A stretch of 64,000 bases of DNA from an uncultured marine group I thaumarchaeote (GCA_902566725.1 CACFJZ010000002.1:1432-65431), one strand, 5' to 3'. Counted from the first letter of the stretch, positions 48,296 to 63,093 are shown. Notes: generated by a model from the letters alone, not told the origin. Numbers and translations are program-made.

Positions 48296-50008
48296 TTATA
48301 GTTTGGTTCCAAGTGTGTCATGAATTTGAGCCAGGATCATTTTTGCCTTTTCTTTATTTTCAAATGATTCACCTTGCTTATCCAATATTGAATCTATTTC
48401 AAATTCTTTATCAGTAAGAATTTCTCCGACATGTTCATCAAGTGTGCATTTTCCAACTAGATAATATGCAAAAACGGTATTTTTCTGACCAATTCTATGT
48501 AATCGATCCTCAGCCTGACGATGGATTGCAGGACTCCAATCCAATTCAGCGAATATAACATATTTTGCATTAGTTAGATTAATTCCCACATTGCCAGCTC
48601 TAAGACCAGCTATCATTAGTTTTGTGTGACCTTTTTGGAATCTATCTATTTCCCTTTGCCTTACAACATCTGTTTGACCTCCAATTATCGATGCAGGTTC
48701 ATACTGAGATAGACTGCTGTGTAATAATGTATGCATTGCCTTATGATGACAAAATACAACTACACTTTCCTCAATCTCCATAATATTATTCACAAATTCG
48801 GTAACATGTTTTAGTTTTGCATGACCAGCAGCTTGTCGTTCACTCTCTATTGCACGATGGTATGATGCGGATTTATCAAATGCAGATTCAGCATATTTTT
48901 GTTCTTCTTCAAGTTTCTTCCAAATTTTATTTAATTCAGATTTATAGAATTTTTCATCTGAATTAATCATTTCAGTATATCGTACTTTATCTTTTAGTTC
49001 TTTTAGCACATCAGATTTTTTTCTTCTTAGCATAACATGTTTTGTAAGTTGATTACGTAATGTATCACGTTTATTTTCAAGAACAATTGCCTTACCTTTT
49101 TCATTAACATAACAAAAATACTCGCAAAATTCTTTGAAGCTTCCAAGAAGGCCAGGTTTTAAGATGTCAACAATCGGCCAAATCTCAGAACCACGATTAT
49201 AAATCGGAGTTCCAGACAGCCCAACCCTATATTTTACACTTTCAAGTGCAGCTAGTTCTTTCACAGCAGCATATTTTTGTGTGGTTTTTGATCTAAGGTG
49301 TTGTACCTCATCACAAACAACTGAACGGATTCCAAGTTTAAGTAAATCAGGCAATCGTTTGTGTAATAATTCATAATTAATTATGTAAAAATCATATTCA
49401 CCAATATCTGCTTGTTTTCCATTTCGAATCATCGTACTAGATGGAACTTCATTCTCAATTATCTTTCCATTTTTTCCTTTTTTCTTTAGGAATTTTTCAA
49501 TCTCTCGTTGCCAGTTAGTTAAAGTTACAAGTGGTGCCACAATTAGTGCAGGGAAAGAATTCTTTTCTTTTGAAATGTATGCCAACGTCTGGACAGTCTT
49601 TCCAAGACCCATTTCATCAGCAAGTAATGCATTTCCACTTGATTTGATTAAAAAATCTAAACCCTCTCTTTGGAAATCTAACAAATTACCTTTGAATTGT
49701 TTGCTGGGAATAGCTTGTTGTAATTTTTCAATTTGTGGTACTTTAGTTTTCTTAATTGTAAGAGGGGCAATTTTTCTTTTCCAAACGGATTTTGATAATA
49801 TTTCAAAAGTGTAACGATCATCAATCATTTTTAATTTTTTGGTGTTTTCATCATTGTCTGAGACAATAACTTCATTGGGTTTATCTCCATACCACCCACG
49901 CGGGATTAATTTGGAAACCATATTTACAGCACGATTTCCTGAGATTTTCCAGCACCAGGTGCCAGAATAACGATCCAATACAAATTCTAACGTTCCAAAT
50001 TTTTCCAT
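48296..50008 (-). CDS. SNF2-family helicase-like ATPase
   Basis: LLADEMGLGKT, DEVQ, LSGTP, GINLT, QAEDRLHRIGQ. Confidence 0.95.
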   Translation of the reverse strand: MEKFGTLEFVLDRYSGTWCWKISGNRAVNMVSKLIPRGWYGDKPNEVIVSDNDENTKKLKMIDDRYTFEILSKSVWKRKIAPLTIKKTKVPQIEKLQQAIPSKQFKGNLLDFQREGLDFLIKSSGNALLADEMGLGKTVQTLAYISKEKNSFPALIVAPLVTLTNWQREIEKFLKKKGKNGKIIENEVPSSTMIRNGKQADIGEYDFYIINYELLHKRLPDLLKLGIRSVVCDEVQHLRSKTTQKYAAVKELAALESVKYRVGLSGTPIYNRGSEIWPIVDILKPGLLGSFKEFCEYFCYVNEKGKAIVLENKRDTLRNQLTKHVMLRRKKSDVLKELKDKVRYTEMINSDEKFYKSELNKIWKKLEEEQKYAESAFDKSASYHRAIESERQAAGHAKLKHVTEFVNNIMEIEESVVVFCHHKAMHTLLHSSLSQYEPASIIGGQTDVVRQREIDRFQKGHTKLMIAGLRAGNVGINLTNAKYVIFAELDWSPAIHRQAEDRLHRIGQKNTVFAYYLVGKCTLDEHVGEILTDKEFEIDSILDKQGESFENKEKAKMILAQIHDTLGTKL

Positions 50009-50067
50009 GATGTGTTTCCGAATTTTAGCTCATAGTTTTTCATCGTTTATGAACTTTAGGTTTGAAA

Positions 50068-50790
50068 TTACTCAGAGTTTATATCAGATTCTAAGAGTTT
50101 TGCGGATTTTTCAAGTAGTTGATCTATACTGGTACATTCTAGGATGGGTTGTAGATCTAAAGGAGTTTCGGAGGCTAGAGCGCATAATGAATGAACATAT
50201 TCCATGGTAGGAGTTTCAGTTTTTAGATAGTATTGTTCTAAGACATGATCAAGTTGGTGAGATGTAAGATCATTATTTCCAGATGTTTTCTTAATTTTTT
50301 GTTTCCATTTTTCAACAAGATTTTCCCAATCAACTAATGAAATTGAATCTTCAATGTCAGACATCATTTCAACCTCGGCTTGAATGTACATCTTTTTTTC
50401 AACACCAATATCATGATGTGATTGTTCAACACTTCTTATTCCATGAATTGTGAAAGGGTCATAATTTTCAGATTTTTCAAGAGAGGGAGGAATTAGACGT
50501 ATGACCCGGAATTTTCTTCGACCTCGAACATTTAAAAAGAGATGACCACTTGTAGAATCTACATCCTTACAGTCAATTATTTTGGCAATTGTTCCAATAT
50601 CATAAGGTGCTTGCCAGTTTGAGATAGTTGCACTTTCATGACCAAGACATATACCAAACTCTTTTTCTCCAACCATGCAATCATCAACCATCTGTTTGTA
50701 TCGTGGTTCAAATATCCTAAGAGGTAGATCCTGATTTGGAAATAAGACTAGATCGAGTGGAAAAATGGGGATAATCTTGGTATTACTCAC
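50068..50790 (-). CDS. Stand-alone Lon protease N-terminal (substrate-binding) domain protein
   Basis: IPIFPLDLVLFP...LRIFEPRYKQMV, GRRKFRV; no ATPase or protease domain. Confidence 0.88.
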   Translation of the reverse strand: MSNTKIIPIFPLDLVLFPNQDLPLRIFEPRYKQMVDDCMVGEKEFGICLGHESATISNWQAPYDIGTIAKIIDCKDVDSTSGHLFLNVRGRRKFRVIRLIPPSLEKSENYDPFTIHGIRSVEQSHHDIGVEKKMYIQAEVEMMSDIEDSISLVDWENLVEKWKQKIKKTSGNNDLTSHQLDHVLEQYYLKTETPTMEYVHSLCALASETPLDLQPILECTSIDQLLEKSAKLLESDINSE

Positions 50791-50870
50791 AGAAGTGCTA
50801 TGTTGTCATAATATAAAATTCAATTACATTTTTAGGCAATATTTTAAAAGAAATTATAGGATTTAGTATC

Positions 50871-51386
50871 ATGGATGAAGAAAATAAAGAAACAGTTGTT
50901 CTTGGTATGATTAGTAGAGGTCACTCCAAATTCAATAAGATTTCTCAAGAAGCAAAAATTGAACCAAAAGAATTGGAATTAATTTTGCAAAAGCTAGAAA
51001 GTTCAGGATTGATAAGAGTCGAAGAAAAAAAAGGATGGCTTGGTACAAAAATCGATATCAAACCAACAGAAGAAGGATATAGAGAATTTGAGCGACAGTT
51101 AAAGAATCTACAAGACAAATGGAATAATTTGGAAAATACATACAAGTCAGGAAATAAGCAAGAGTTGGAACAGAAACTCAAAGAAGATAAATCATTTTTG
51201 CCAACAATGATGATGTTTGGAATTATTGATGTGATGATGTTTAGTATGATGTTTAGTATGATTGGGGCAAGTATGGGAAGCTTCATTCCAGCAGAAGATA
51301 TGCAAGGGATGGACGATGGTTCAGAAGATATGAATGATTCCGACATGGGTGATGATGGCGGATACGACATCGACATAGGCTTCTAA
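50871..51386 (+). CDS. Winged-helix protein with Met-rich hydrophobic segment and acidic tail
   Basis: MarR-like N-terminus (LQKLESSGLI...PTEEG); MMMFGIIDVMMFSMMFSMIG; Asp/Met-rich C-terminus. Confidence 0.8.
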   Translation: MDEENKETVVLGMISRGHSKFNKISQEAKIEPKELELILQKLESSGLIRVEEKKGWLGTKIDIKPTEEGYREFERQLKNLQDKWNNLENTYKSGNKQELEQKLKEDKSFLPTMMMFGIIDVMMFSMMFSMIGASMGSFIPAEDMQGMDDGSEDMNDSDMGDDGGYDIDIGF

Positions 51387-52387
51387 TGTCATACACTTCG
51401 TTTGACAACATTGGATTAGTGAAGGTGTTATCATTTTTCCAGACACATGATTCAGAATATCTATCAGGTGAAGATCTTAGTGATGTACTAAAAATTAGCA
51501 GAGTTGCAGTTTGGAAACATATCAAAAAAATACAATCCTTAGGATACAAAATCGAATCAAAACAAAAATTGGGTTATAGATTAATCAATGAAACTGAAAA
51601 ATTACTTCCCTGGGAAATAACAAAAGATTTGAAAACAGAAACTATTGGAAAGAGAGTTTATTATTTTGAAGAGATTGATTCTACACAAAATTTTGCTCAG
51701 CAAATAGCATTAGACGAAAAAGAAAATGGCACTATAGTAATTGCAGAGAAACAGACGGCAGGGAAAGGTAGATTGGATAGAAAATGGACGTCACCTAGAG
51801 GAGGGATATGGTTTTCATTAATCGTTCATCCTAAATTTGACGTTTCAACATCCACACTTGTACCAATTGCAGGAGCAGTAGCATTATCAAAAGCAATTAA
51901 GACTGCATTGGGCATAGATGTTTCAGTTAAATGGCCAAATGACATAACATTGGATGGAAAAAAAGTTGCAGGTATGTTAGTAGATGCGTCATTTCAGGCA
52001 AATAACATAGATTATCTAATTTTAGGAATAGGAATTAATTTCGACATAGATGTAAAAAAAATTGAAAAAAGATTATCAAAGAGTGCAAATTTCTATGGTG
52101 TTAATTCACTTAGGAAAAAGAATGACAGTACCCCACCTAAAATTTTACTAAGAGAATTTCTTGTGCAATTTGAAAAAACATTAATCCAATTAAACAAAGG
52201 TGAAAAAACAAGAATTGTTAAAGAGTGGACAAAAAGAGCAGATAAAATTGGTAAGAAAATTTCTATCAATACATCTGATGGAAAAATTTCAGGAGTGACT
52301 CAAGGTATTGATAATGATGGAGCACTGAAATTAAAAACAAGTAAAGGCATAAAGAAGATTTTTGTCGGAGATGTAGTCTTAGAATAA
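51386..52387 (+). CDS. birA: Bifunctional biotin--protein ligase/repressor
   Basis: N-terminal HTH (SRVAVWKHI), DSTQ, QTAGKGR, KWPND, KVAGML, GIGIN. Confidence 0.95.
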   Translation: MSYTSFDNIGLVKVLSFFQTHDSEYLSGEDLSDVLKISRVAVWKHIKKIQSLGYKIESKQKLGYRLINETEKLLPWEITKDLKTETIGKRVYYFEEIDSTQNFAQQIALDEKENGTIVIAEKQTAGKGRLDRKWTSPRGGIWFSLIVHPKFDVSTSTLVPIAGAVALSKAIKTALGIDVSVKWPNDITLDGKKVAGMLVDASFQANNIDYLILGIGINFDIDVKKIEKRLSKSANFYGVNSLRKKNDSTPPKILLREFLVQFEKTLIQLNKGEKTRIVKEWTKRADKIGKKISINTSDGKISGVTQGIDNDGALKLKTSKGIKKIFVGDVVLE

Positions 52388-52445
52388 TATGCCAGAAGAC
52401 CATATTTGTAGAATCATTTAATTTTGAAAAAAATTTGAAAATGAT

Positions 52446-53798
52446 ATGCGAGAATCTCAGAAAGTAATTTGCGTGCTAACATTTAGCATCATGCTACTTT
52501 TTTCACCTACATTAACCACAGGGTTTGCTCAAGAGAGTAAAGAATTGCCAATCATGTACAAAAAAGCAAATGACCATTTTATGTTAGGAGAATATCAACA
52601 AGCAATTGAGATTTATGATGAAATTTTAGATATTTCACCTACGAACAAGAAGACATTACTAATGAAAGGAATTGCATTAAGCAATCTGGAGAGACATAAG
52701 AGTTCAATATTAGAATTTTACAAAGTTAATCAGCAAGATCCTCAAAATATTACAGCATTAGTTGGATTAGGTGTGGGATTTGGAAATTATGGAGAGTATA
52801 AACAAGCATTAGTATATTTTGAACAAGCATATGAATTACAACCTGAGAATCATATTGTAAAAAATTATTATGAGTTTGCAACTAATACAGTAAAAAAATA
52901 TCCATATAATGAAGTTAAAAAGCCAGAAGTTTTTACATTAAATATTCCTGAGACAGTTCCAATGTGGATAAAAAATACTGCCGGATGGTGGGCTACAGAT
53001 AAGATACCAGATGAAGAGTTTTTGAAAGGAATTAATTTTTTAATAGATAACGGATTACTAGTTATTGACTTACCAGATAGTCAGAAATTAACTGAAGAGA
53101 CACAAGAAATTCAAGATAGAAATGAATGGGAATTTGCCAGATATTTAGATAGAATAGAGAAAACGGTAAATCAGGATAAGAGATACGTTGAATACCCAAA
53201 TCCAAGCAATGATGTGATTAAGAAATTTCTTAGAGATTATGAGAAATGGAACTATGACCAACAAGTTGAAATTGGCAACCAAGGATTTCCAAATCCAGAA
53301 TATGTTCTTGTTGACAATGTCTATCATTTAGAATACAAGATTTATGTCAATGAGCAACCAGTAGGATTGCCATTAGATCATGTCAGTACATTGGTAGACT
53401 CTTTCAAGATGTGGGAAGAGACTGAATTTAATGCAAGTGATGGAAAAGAGGTTAAGATACATTTTGTAACAACCAAGATGAAGGCAGATGCAAATCTATG
53501 GGTCACATGGGTAGTACGAGATTTGGGAGAAGGTGTTTTGGGACATGCAAATATTGGTAAAGGGATTGTAGAAGTAGCGTTAGGAGGATATGGTTGTGAT
53601 GGAAATTTCCAACTATTTCATGTTGACACAGTTGAATATATTATGACACATGAGTTAGGTCATGGAATAGGTCTAAAACATAGTAGTGATCCAAATAGCA
53701 TAATGTATCCTAGTATGAAAAGCACTCAGTATGCATATTGTATTTTAGATGTAGATAAAAAAATAAACACAGGTTCAATAGTTTTGAAAAACGATTAA
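52446..53798 (+). CDS. Exported TPR + PxWIK repeat + matrixin (M10) zinc metalloprotease
   Basis: Signal peptide, three TPRs, VPMWIKNTAGWWA, HELGHGIGLKH zinc motif, Met-turn SIMYP. Confidence 0.9.
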   Translation: MRESQKVICVLTFSIMLLFSPTLTTGFAQESKELPIMYKKANDHFMLGEYQQAIEIYDEILDISPTNKKTLLMKGIALSNLERHKSSILEFYKVNQQDPQNITALVGLGVGFGNYGEYKQALVYFEQAYELQPENHIVKNYYEFATNTVKKYPYNEVKKPEVFTLNIPETVPMWIKNTAGWWATDKIPDEEFLKGINFLIDNGLLVIDLPDSQKLTEETQEIQDRNEWEFARYLDRIEKTVNQDKRYVEYPNPSNDVIKKFLRDYEKWNYDQQVEIGNQGFPNPEYVLVDNVYHLEYKIYVNEQPVGLPLDHVSTLVDSFKMWEETEFNASDGKEVKIHFVTTKMKADANLWVTWVVRDLGEGVLGHANIGKGIVEVALGGYGCDGNFQLFHVDTVEYIMTHELGHGIGLKHSSDPNSIMYPSMKSTQYAYCILDVDKKINTGSIVLKND

Positions 53799-54373
53799 CC
53801 GAGTGCTCTAGAGTGTTTTTGAGTGTGAGGACGTTCTCCCGAGAATTTACGTCGCATGTGACCAGAAGGTCTGCCATACAACAACTCTAAGAACCAACTT
53901 TCATGTTCAATTTCTTCCATCAAGATGTCTTTTGCAATCTCATAAGTTGCAGGATCTTTGCCGTGAGTCATTTTACAAACTTTATCCCAGTTTACAATTG
54001 CACCTTGTTCTGCTTTAAGACATTTTTCTAGTATTCCTTTGATGTCTGTTGGATTTTTTGGTAATTGTAAAAATTCACAGCCAGACATTTTGATGAATGC
54101 TTGTGCATCATTTGGAAGACTTCCTCCTAATTGGAAAATTCTCTCAATACAGGATTCAAAGTGACTAAGATCTTCAAGGCGAGCATCTTCAATTATCCCC
54201 TTGATTCCTTCTCCCTCCATACCTGTAGCATGCATTCTGAGGTTTGTGAAGTAATAGTAAGCAGTAAATTCCACAGATGCATTTGTGATGAGAAGTTTCA
54301 CTAGTTTATCAACATCTAATCCATTTTTTTTGAGGACTTCAACGCCGACAACTTTTGGCTTCTTTGTTACCAT
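53795..54373 (-). CDS. dps: Dps-like (DpsL) ferritin-superfamily protein
   Basis: EFTAYYYFT, EDLSHFE, AEQGAI, EEIEHESWF, GRPSGH. Confidence 0.9.
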   Translation of the reverse strand: MVTKKPKVVGVEVLKKNGLDVDKLVKLLITNASVEFTAYYYFTNLRMHATGMEGEGIKGIIEDARLEDLSHFESCIERIFQLGGSLPNDAQAFIKMSGCEFLQLPKNPTDIKGILEKCLKAEQGAIVNWDKVCKMTHGKDPATYEIAKDILMEEIEHESWFLELLYGRPSGHMRRKFSGERPHTQKHSRALG

Positions 54374-54374
54374 A

Positions 54375-54390
54375 CTGAAAATATTTTCAG
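54375..54390. promoter_or_regulatory. Perfect 16-bp palindrome CTGAAAATATTTTCAG at dpsL start (putative operator)
   Basis: Lies between the TATA-like TTTATT (minus strand, ~54396-54401) and the ATG at 54373. Confidence 0.55.
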
Positions 54391-54512
54391 GTATGAATAA
54401 AGAGTTTCGCTGCTTGTTCTAACAATTAAGAATCAATAAGAAGAAGAGACATACTATTAACCTTAAGATTAGTTGTGAAATGATATTAAGTTGATTTGTA
54501 GAATATGTATAG

Positions 54513-55415
54513 TTGAAATCATCTAGTGAACAAAGATGCCCTTCTTGTAACAAAGCCACGCTAATTTCAGACGATAATTCAGGTGAAATTGTCTGCAAGA
54601 CATGCGGCATTGTATTATCAGAAGGTAGTGAAGCATCAGGACCAGAATGGAGATCATTTGCAAATGATGGAGTAGACAAGAGTAGAACAGGTACAGGTAC
54701 ATCAATTACAATGCACGATATGGGATTATCTACAGTAATTGGTGCAGTAAACAAAGATGCAACAGGAAAACCTCTAACATCTGCAATGAAACAATCAATT
54801 GACAGATTACGAACATGGGACAGTAGATCACAAGCTCATTCATCTATCGATAAAAATTTGAGGCAGGCGCTAAGTGAGATGGATAAATTGAAAGATAAAT
54901 TATCTTTAACAGATGCTGTAATTGAAAAAGCCGCGTATATTTATCGTAAGGCCATTGAGAAAAAGCTTGTTAAAGGACGTTCAATACAAGGGTTAGTTGC
55001 AGCATGCGTGTATGCAGCATGTAGAGATACAGAGACTCCAAGAACATTAGATAATGTGGCTGATGGTATAAACATTAGAAGAAAAGATGTGGCAAGATGT
55101 TATAGACTTGTATTTAGAGAATTAGATTTGAAGGTGCCAGTTGCAGACCCAGTTAATGGAATTCCAAGAATTGCAAGTGTTGCAGGATTAGGAGAAAAAA
55201 CAAAACGAAAAGCAGTGGAGATTCTAAGAAAAGCAAAAAAGATTGGAGTAGTAGCAGGAAAAGATCCTACAGGATTAGCAGCTGCAGCATTATATCTTGC
55301 ATGTATTTCAGAAGGAGGAAACAAAACCCAAAAAGAAATTTCTGAAGCCTCAGGAGTTACAGAAGTAACCATACGAAATAGATGTGCAGGATTAAAAACA
55401 TTCTTAGAAAAATAA
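54513..55415 (+). CDS. tfb: Transcription initiation factor IIB paralogue
   Basis: CPSC...CKTC zinc ribbon, GPEWRSF B-reader, HDMGLST, GKDP, TEVTIRNR. Confidence 0.96.
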   Translation: MKSSSEQRCPSCNKATLISDDNSGEIVCKTCGIVLSEGSEASGPEWRSFANDGVDKSRTGTGTSITMHDMGLSTVIGAVNKDATGKPLTSAMKQSIDRLRTWDSRSQAHSSIDKNLRQALSEMDKLKDKLSLTDAVIEKAAYIYRKAIEKKLVKGRSIQGLVAACVYAACRDTETPRTLDNVADGINIRRKDVARCYRLVFRELDLKVPVADPVNGIPRIASVAGLGEKTKRKAVEILRKAKKIGVVAGKDPTGLAAAALYLACISEGGNKTQKEISEASGVTEVTIRNRCAGLKTFLEK

Positions 55416-55973
55416 TCAGTTAAAATCTTTCAAAGGATCATTTTCACGTCGTCTCATTACAACAAATATTCCTAAAGTCATACCAAGTTGATACATCACA
55501 TACAGGATTATTTGGAAAGTTGTCGGGACATAATCAGTGAATCTTCCTAACAATGCGATAATGAATACTATCACACTAATTGTAAATACAAAATATCTTG
55601 AAAGAGGATTTAGTTCAGCAAACCGGAATAATAGTATGAGTGTGATAGATATGAAGATTCCAGAAATTGTGATTATTCCAGCATTCAATCCAAGTACATC
55701 AATAAGTAAAAGAAATGCAGCCTCAGGGGTTTCAGGCATGACAAATTCAGCAAATTCAACTTTTTGAGGTTCAGCAAATTTCGATATGTTTCCAGCGGCA
55801 TTAATTGAGAATAGAATTAAAATTACAATTGAGACTCCTTTTGCATATTTCTTTAATTTTGGGAATTTACGTCGTATTCCACGAGCAAGTATTGCACCTT
55901 GTAAAAGACCAATAGCAAAGACAATAACAAACGTGTAGTAGTAATATTCTTCAGCTAATTGCAGTATGTCCAA
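55416..55973 (-). CDS. Multi-pass membrane hypothetical protein
   Basis: About five hydrophobic helices. Confidence 0.8.
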   Translation of the reverse strand: MDILQLAEEYYYYTFVIVFAIGLLQGAILARGIRRKFPKLKKYAKGVSIVILILFSINAAGNISKFAEPQKVEFAEFVMPETPEAAFLLLIDVLGLNAGIITISGIFISITLILLFRFAELNPLSRYFVFTISVIVFIIALLGRFTDYVPTTFQIILYVMYQLGMTLGIFVVMRRRENDPLKDFN

Positions 55974-56079
55974 CTTATTTTGTATTGTCGCTGTCCATTT
56001 TAAAGACTAAAGATTAGAATTAACAGACTAGGAAGAAAATATTGAATAGACTTTTCAAGTCGAAAAATATTGTATAAAC

Positions 56080-56385
56080 ATGTCAGAGAATTTCAAGATT
56101 GAAGCACCATATTTACCAGGCGAGAAAGGTTGTAGAATTACATGGTTATACACAGATGATGATGAAAAAACATTATACCTACGACATGAAGATTTGATGG
56201 AAATTATTGACATTTTAGAGCACGGTTCAACTGCAAAAGTTGAGATGGAAGATGGCGCAAGTTCAATACTTGTAAACACAGATTCAACTGATTTTTTTCT
56301 TGCAGGTCAAAAACCACAAAAAATTGAAACACTTGCACTAAAGATAGCATTGAAAGAATTTATCAAAAATAACCCAGATGCTTGA
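56080..56385 (+). CDS. Hypothetical protein
   Basis: 101-aa acidic ORF, typical codon pattern. Confidence 0.75.
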   Translation: MSENFKIEAPYLPGEKGCRITWLYTDDDEKTLYLRHEDLMEIIDILEHGSTAKVEMEDGASSILVNTDSTDFFLAGQKPQKIETLALKIALKEFIKNNPDA

Positions 56386-56387
56386 CT

Positions 56388-57791
56388 TTAGATTATGTTT
56401 CCAGGATTTAAAATTCCAGAAGGGTCAAATTGTTTCTTGATATACTGAAATTTTTGTAAAAGATGAGGAGAATATTGTAATTTGAGATACTTTGTCCGAG
56501 CAATACCATCACCATGTTCGCCAGAAATTGTGCCATCTAAAGATATCACAAATGAAAAGAATTCTTTGTGTAGTTTATTCAGATTTCGTTTTGAATTTGA
56601 AATTAATCTAATGTGCAAATTTCCGTTCCCAGCATGACCATAAACGACAAATTTTAGACGATATTTTTTGGTAATTTTTTTCAAAAAAGTAACAAGGTAT
56701 TTTAGATTTTCAGGAGGTACTGTTGCATCTTCTATCACGTGAGGAACAAGCTGATTTTTTGGGATGTTTTTTAAAGTAAAGAATAATGCTGAATCTCTAT
56801 ATGACCACCATTTTTCAACATCAGTTTTTTTACTAGAAGTGAAAATTATAGAGAATTTATGAATAAGGGAGTCTAGATTTTTTTGTGATTTTGATACATT
56901 TGCATCAAATTCGATCATCAAAAGACATTTTGGTTTATCTTTGAATTTATGAGGGATGTTTTTGATTACGGTTTCATCTACAAATTCAAGAGACGAGGGA
57001 TTTAGGCGAAGAATGTATGGAACAAGATAGAGGGCATCCTCTAGTCTGTTAAAACCAACAACGGTTAGTTGACGTTTTTTTGGAATATCAAATATTCGTA
57101 ATTTTGCCTGAACAATTATGCCCAGTGTAGATTCAGAACCAGCGATAATTTTCTGAGAGTTATTTTCAGTTACAACGTCCAGTCTATAACCTGCAGAATT
57201 TTTTGTTACGTGAGGATATAGGTGATCAGTTTCATTAGAAATTTTAGCAATTTTTTTTGATATTGTTTTATTTTTTGGAAGGGTTATTTCTGTGCCATTT
57301 CCATCAACTAGGATTATTTCAAGTAAATTATCTATCACACTGCCATATTTCAGTGACCTAGAGCCACTTGAATTATTTGCAACCATTCCACCAATTTTAC
57401 AGAAAGCACCAACAGAAGGATTTGGACCTAAAAACTTTTTGTTACGTTTCAGAATTAAATCTAATTCACCTTTACTAACCCCAGCTCCAACAATTACATG
57501 TTTTTTAGATAATTTTATTTTGTTGAAGTTTTTCATATCTAAAATTATACCTGTTGTCAGAGAACTACCAACAAGTCCAGTAGATCCACCACGTGCACAA
57601 ATAGGAATTTTTCTTTTTTTAGCAAATCTGATGGTTTTTTTGACATCATCAGTAGATTTGGGAAATACAATCAATCTGGGCCTTTTTGAATAAGCACTTG
57701 AGTCGAGAGAATAAAAATCAAGGAATTCCTTTTCCGCAGTAACCTCCCCCGAAATCAGATTCTTCAATGAATCAACTAATTTTTCCTTCAT
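56388..57791 (-). CDS. FAD-linked oxidase (GlcD/D-lactate dehydrogenase-like, VAO family)
   Basis: RGGSTGLVG, IGGMVANNSSG, GSESTLGII, GHAGNGNLH, SGEHGDG, FDPSGILNPG. Confidence 0.92.
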   Translation of the reverse strand: MKEKLVDSLKNLISGEVTAEKEFLDFYSLDSSAYSKRPRLIVFPKSTDDVKKTIRFAKKRKIPICARGGSTGLVGSSLTTGIILDMKNFNKIKLSKKHVIVGAGVSKGELDLILKRNKKFLGPNPSVGAFCKIGGMVANNSSGSRSLKYGSVIDNLLEIILVDGNGTEITLPKNKTISKKIAKISNETDHLYPHVTKNSAGYRLDVVTENNSQKIIAGSESTLGIIVQAKLRIFDIPKKRQLTVVGFNRLEDALYLVPYILRLNPSSLEFVDETVIKNIPHKFKDKPKCLLMIEFDANVSKSQKNLDSLIHKFSIIFTSSKKTDVEKWWSYRDSALFFTLKNIPKNQLVPHVIEDATVPPENLKYLVTFLKKITKKYRLKFVVYGHAGNGNLHIRLISNSKRNLNKLHKEFFSFVISLDGTISGEHGDGIARTKYLKLQYSPHLLQKFQYIKKQFDPSGILNPGNII

Positions 57792-57902
57792 GAATTTTTA
57801 ATAAAATGGAAATATTTGTTGTTTTTTGAACTTTTGGTTAGTATTAGTTCAAAATTATCTGAGAACCATCTATAAATAGACATAAAATATTAAAAAATTA
57901 AG

Positions 57903-58097
57903 ATGGAAAACGGTACCGTAAAATGGTTCAATCAAACCAAAGGTTTCGGTTTTATCGAACGCGAAAATGAAGACAAAGATTTGTTTGTTCACAAGACAAA
58001 CGTTGAAGGTCAAATTAGAGACGGAGATAAAGTTGAATTCGAAATTGGAGAATCAGAAAAAGGCCCAAACGCAGTAAAAGTGAAAAGAGTAGAGTAA
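57903..58097 (+). CDS. cspA: Cold-shock protein (CSD)
   Basis: GTVKWFN, RNP1 KGFGFI, RNP2 DLFVH, KGPNA; TATAAATA at 57871. Confidence 0.95.
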   Translation: MENGTVKWFNQTKGFGFIERENEDKDLFVHKTNVEGQIRDGDKVEFEIGESEKGPNAVKVKRVE

Positions 58098-58240
58098 GAC
58101 TAGTAATTTTAAATTAATTTTCTTAACAATCTATTATTGAGTAACTACCAATTTTCTTTTTTTTAATTTCAAATAATAATACCTAGTTTACACTAAGGGA
58201 TTCAAAAATGAATCGTCATGCATATGTCTTTCTATGTTTG

Positions 58241-61246
<3,006 letters not shown>

Positions 61247-61391
61247 AATTACGGCCACAATTTACACAAGACATATGCATGACGATCATTGCGGAACGTG
61301 TGCGTTGTCCGCTACATCCTTCTTACATCACTTTCATGATGTAATGCATCGATGGTGATGCAAAGATTATGTGCTTTCCGTAATTCTTTCT

Positions 61392-62862
<1,471 letters not shown>

Positions 62863-63086
62863 CTATTATTTTATTTTCAAAGTACATTTTTTGCACAACT
62901 AATTTTTCTATTATTGGAATTAACGGAATGCACATAATCTTCACATCTCAGAACTGACCTTATGATCAGATCCTCATTTTGTATGCGTAACTGGAGGCCT
63001 ACAAATCACAAACTGGCATGTTGCCATACTTCATTACAGGCGCCGCCAAAGCGTTACGTATGCGAAAATTTGAGTTAAAGAAGACC

Positions 63087-63093
63087 TTATAAA
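63087..63093 (-). promoter_or_regulatory. Putative rRNA operon TATA box (TTTATAA on minus strand)
   Basis: About 225 nt upstream of the 16S 5' end, beyond the 16S processing-stem arm. Confidence 0.55.

Noticed and set aside
1616-57693. Many 60-143 aa antisense or alternate-frame ORFs (e.g. 4571, 11109, 17057, 21080, 37047, 50945, 57292)
   Set aside because: Nested in well-supported genes, no recognisable motifs; typical shadow ORFs
57845-57868. TAGTTCA...AGAACCA upstream of cspA as a third copy of the locus operator
   Set aside because: Spacer is one base too long, one half-site is degenerate, and it abuts the TATA instead of lying 26 bp away
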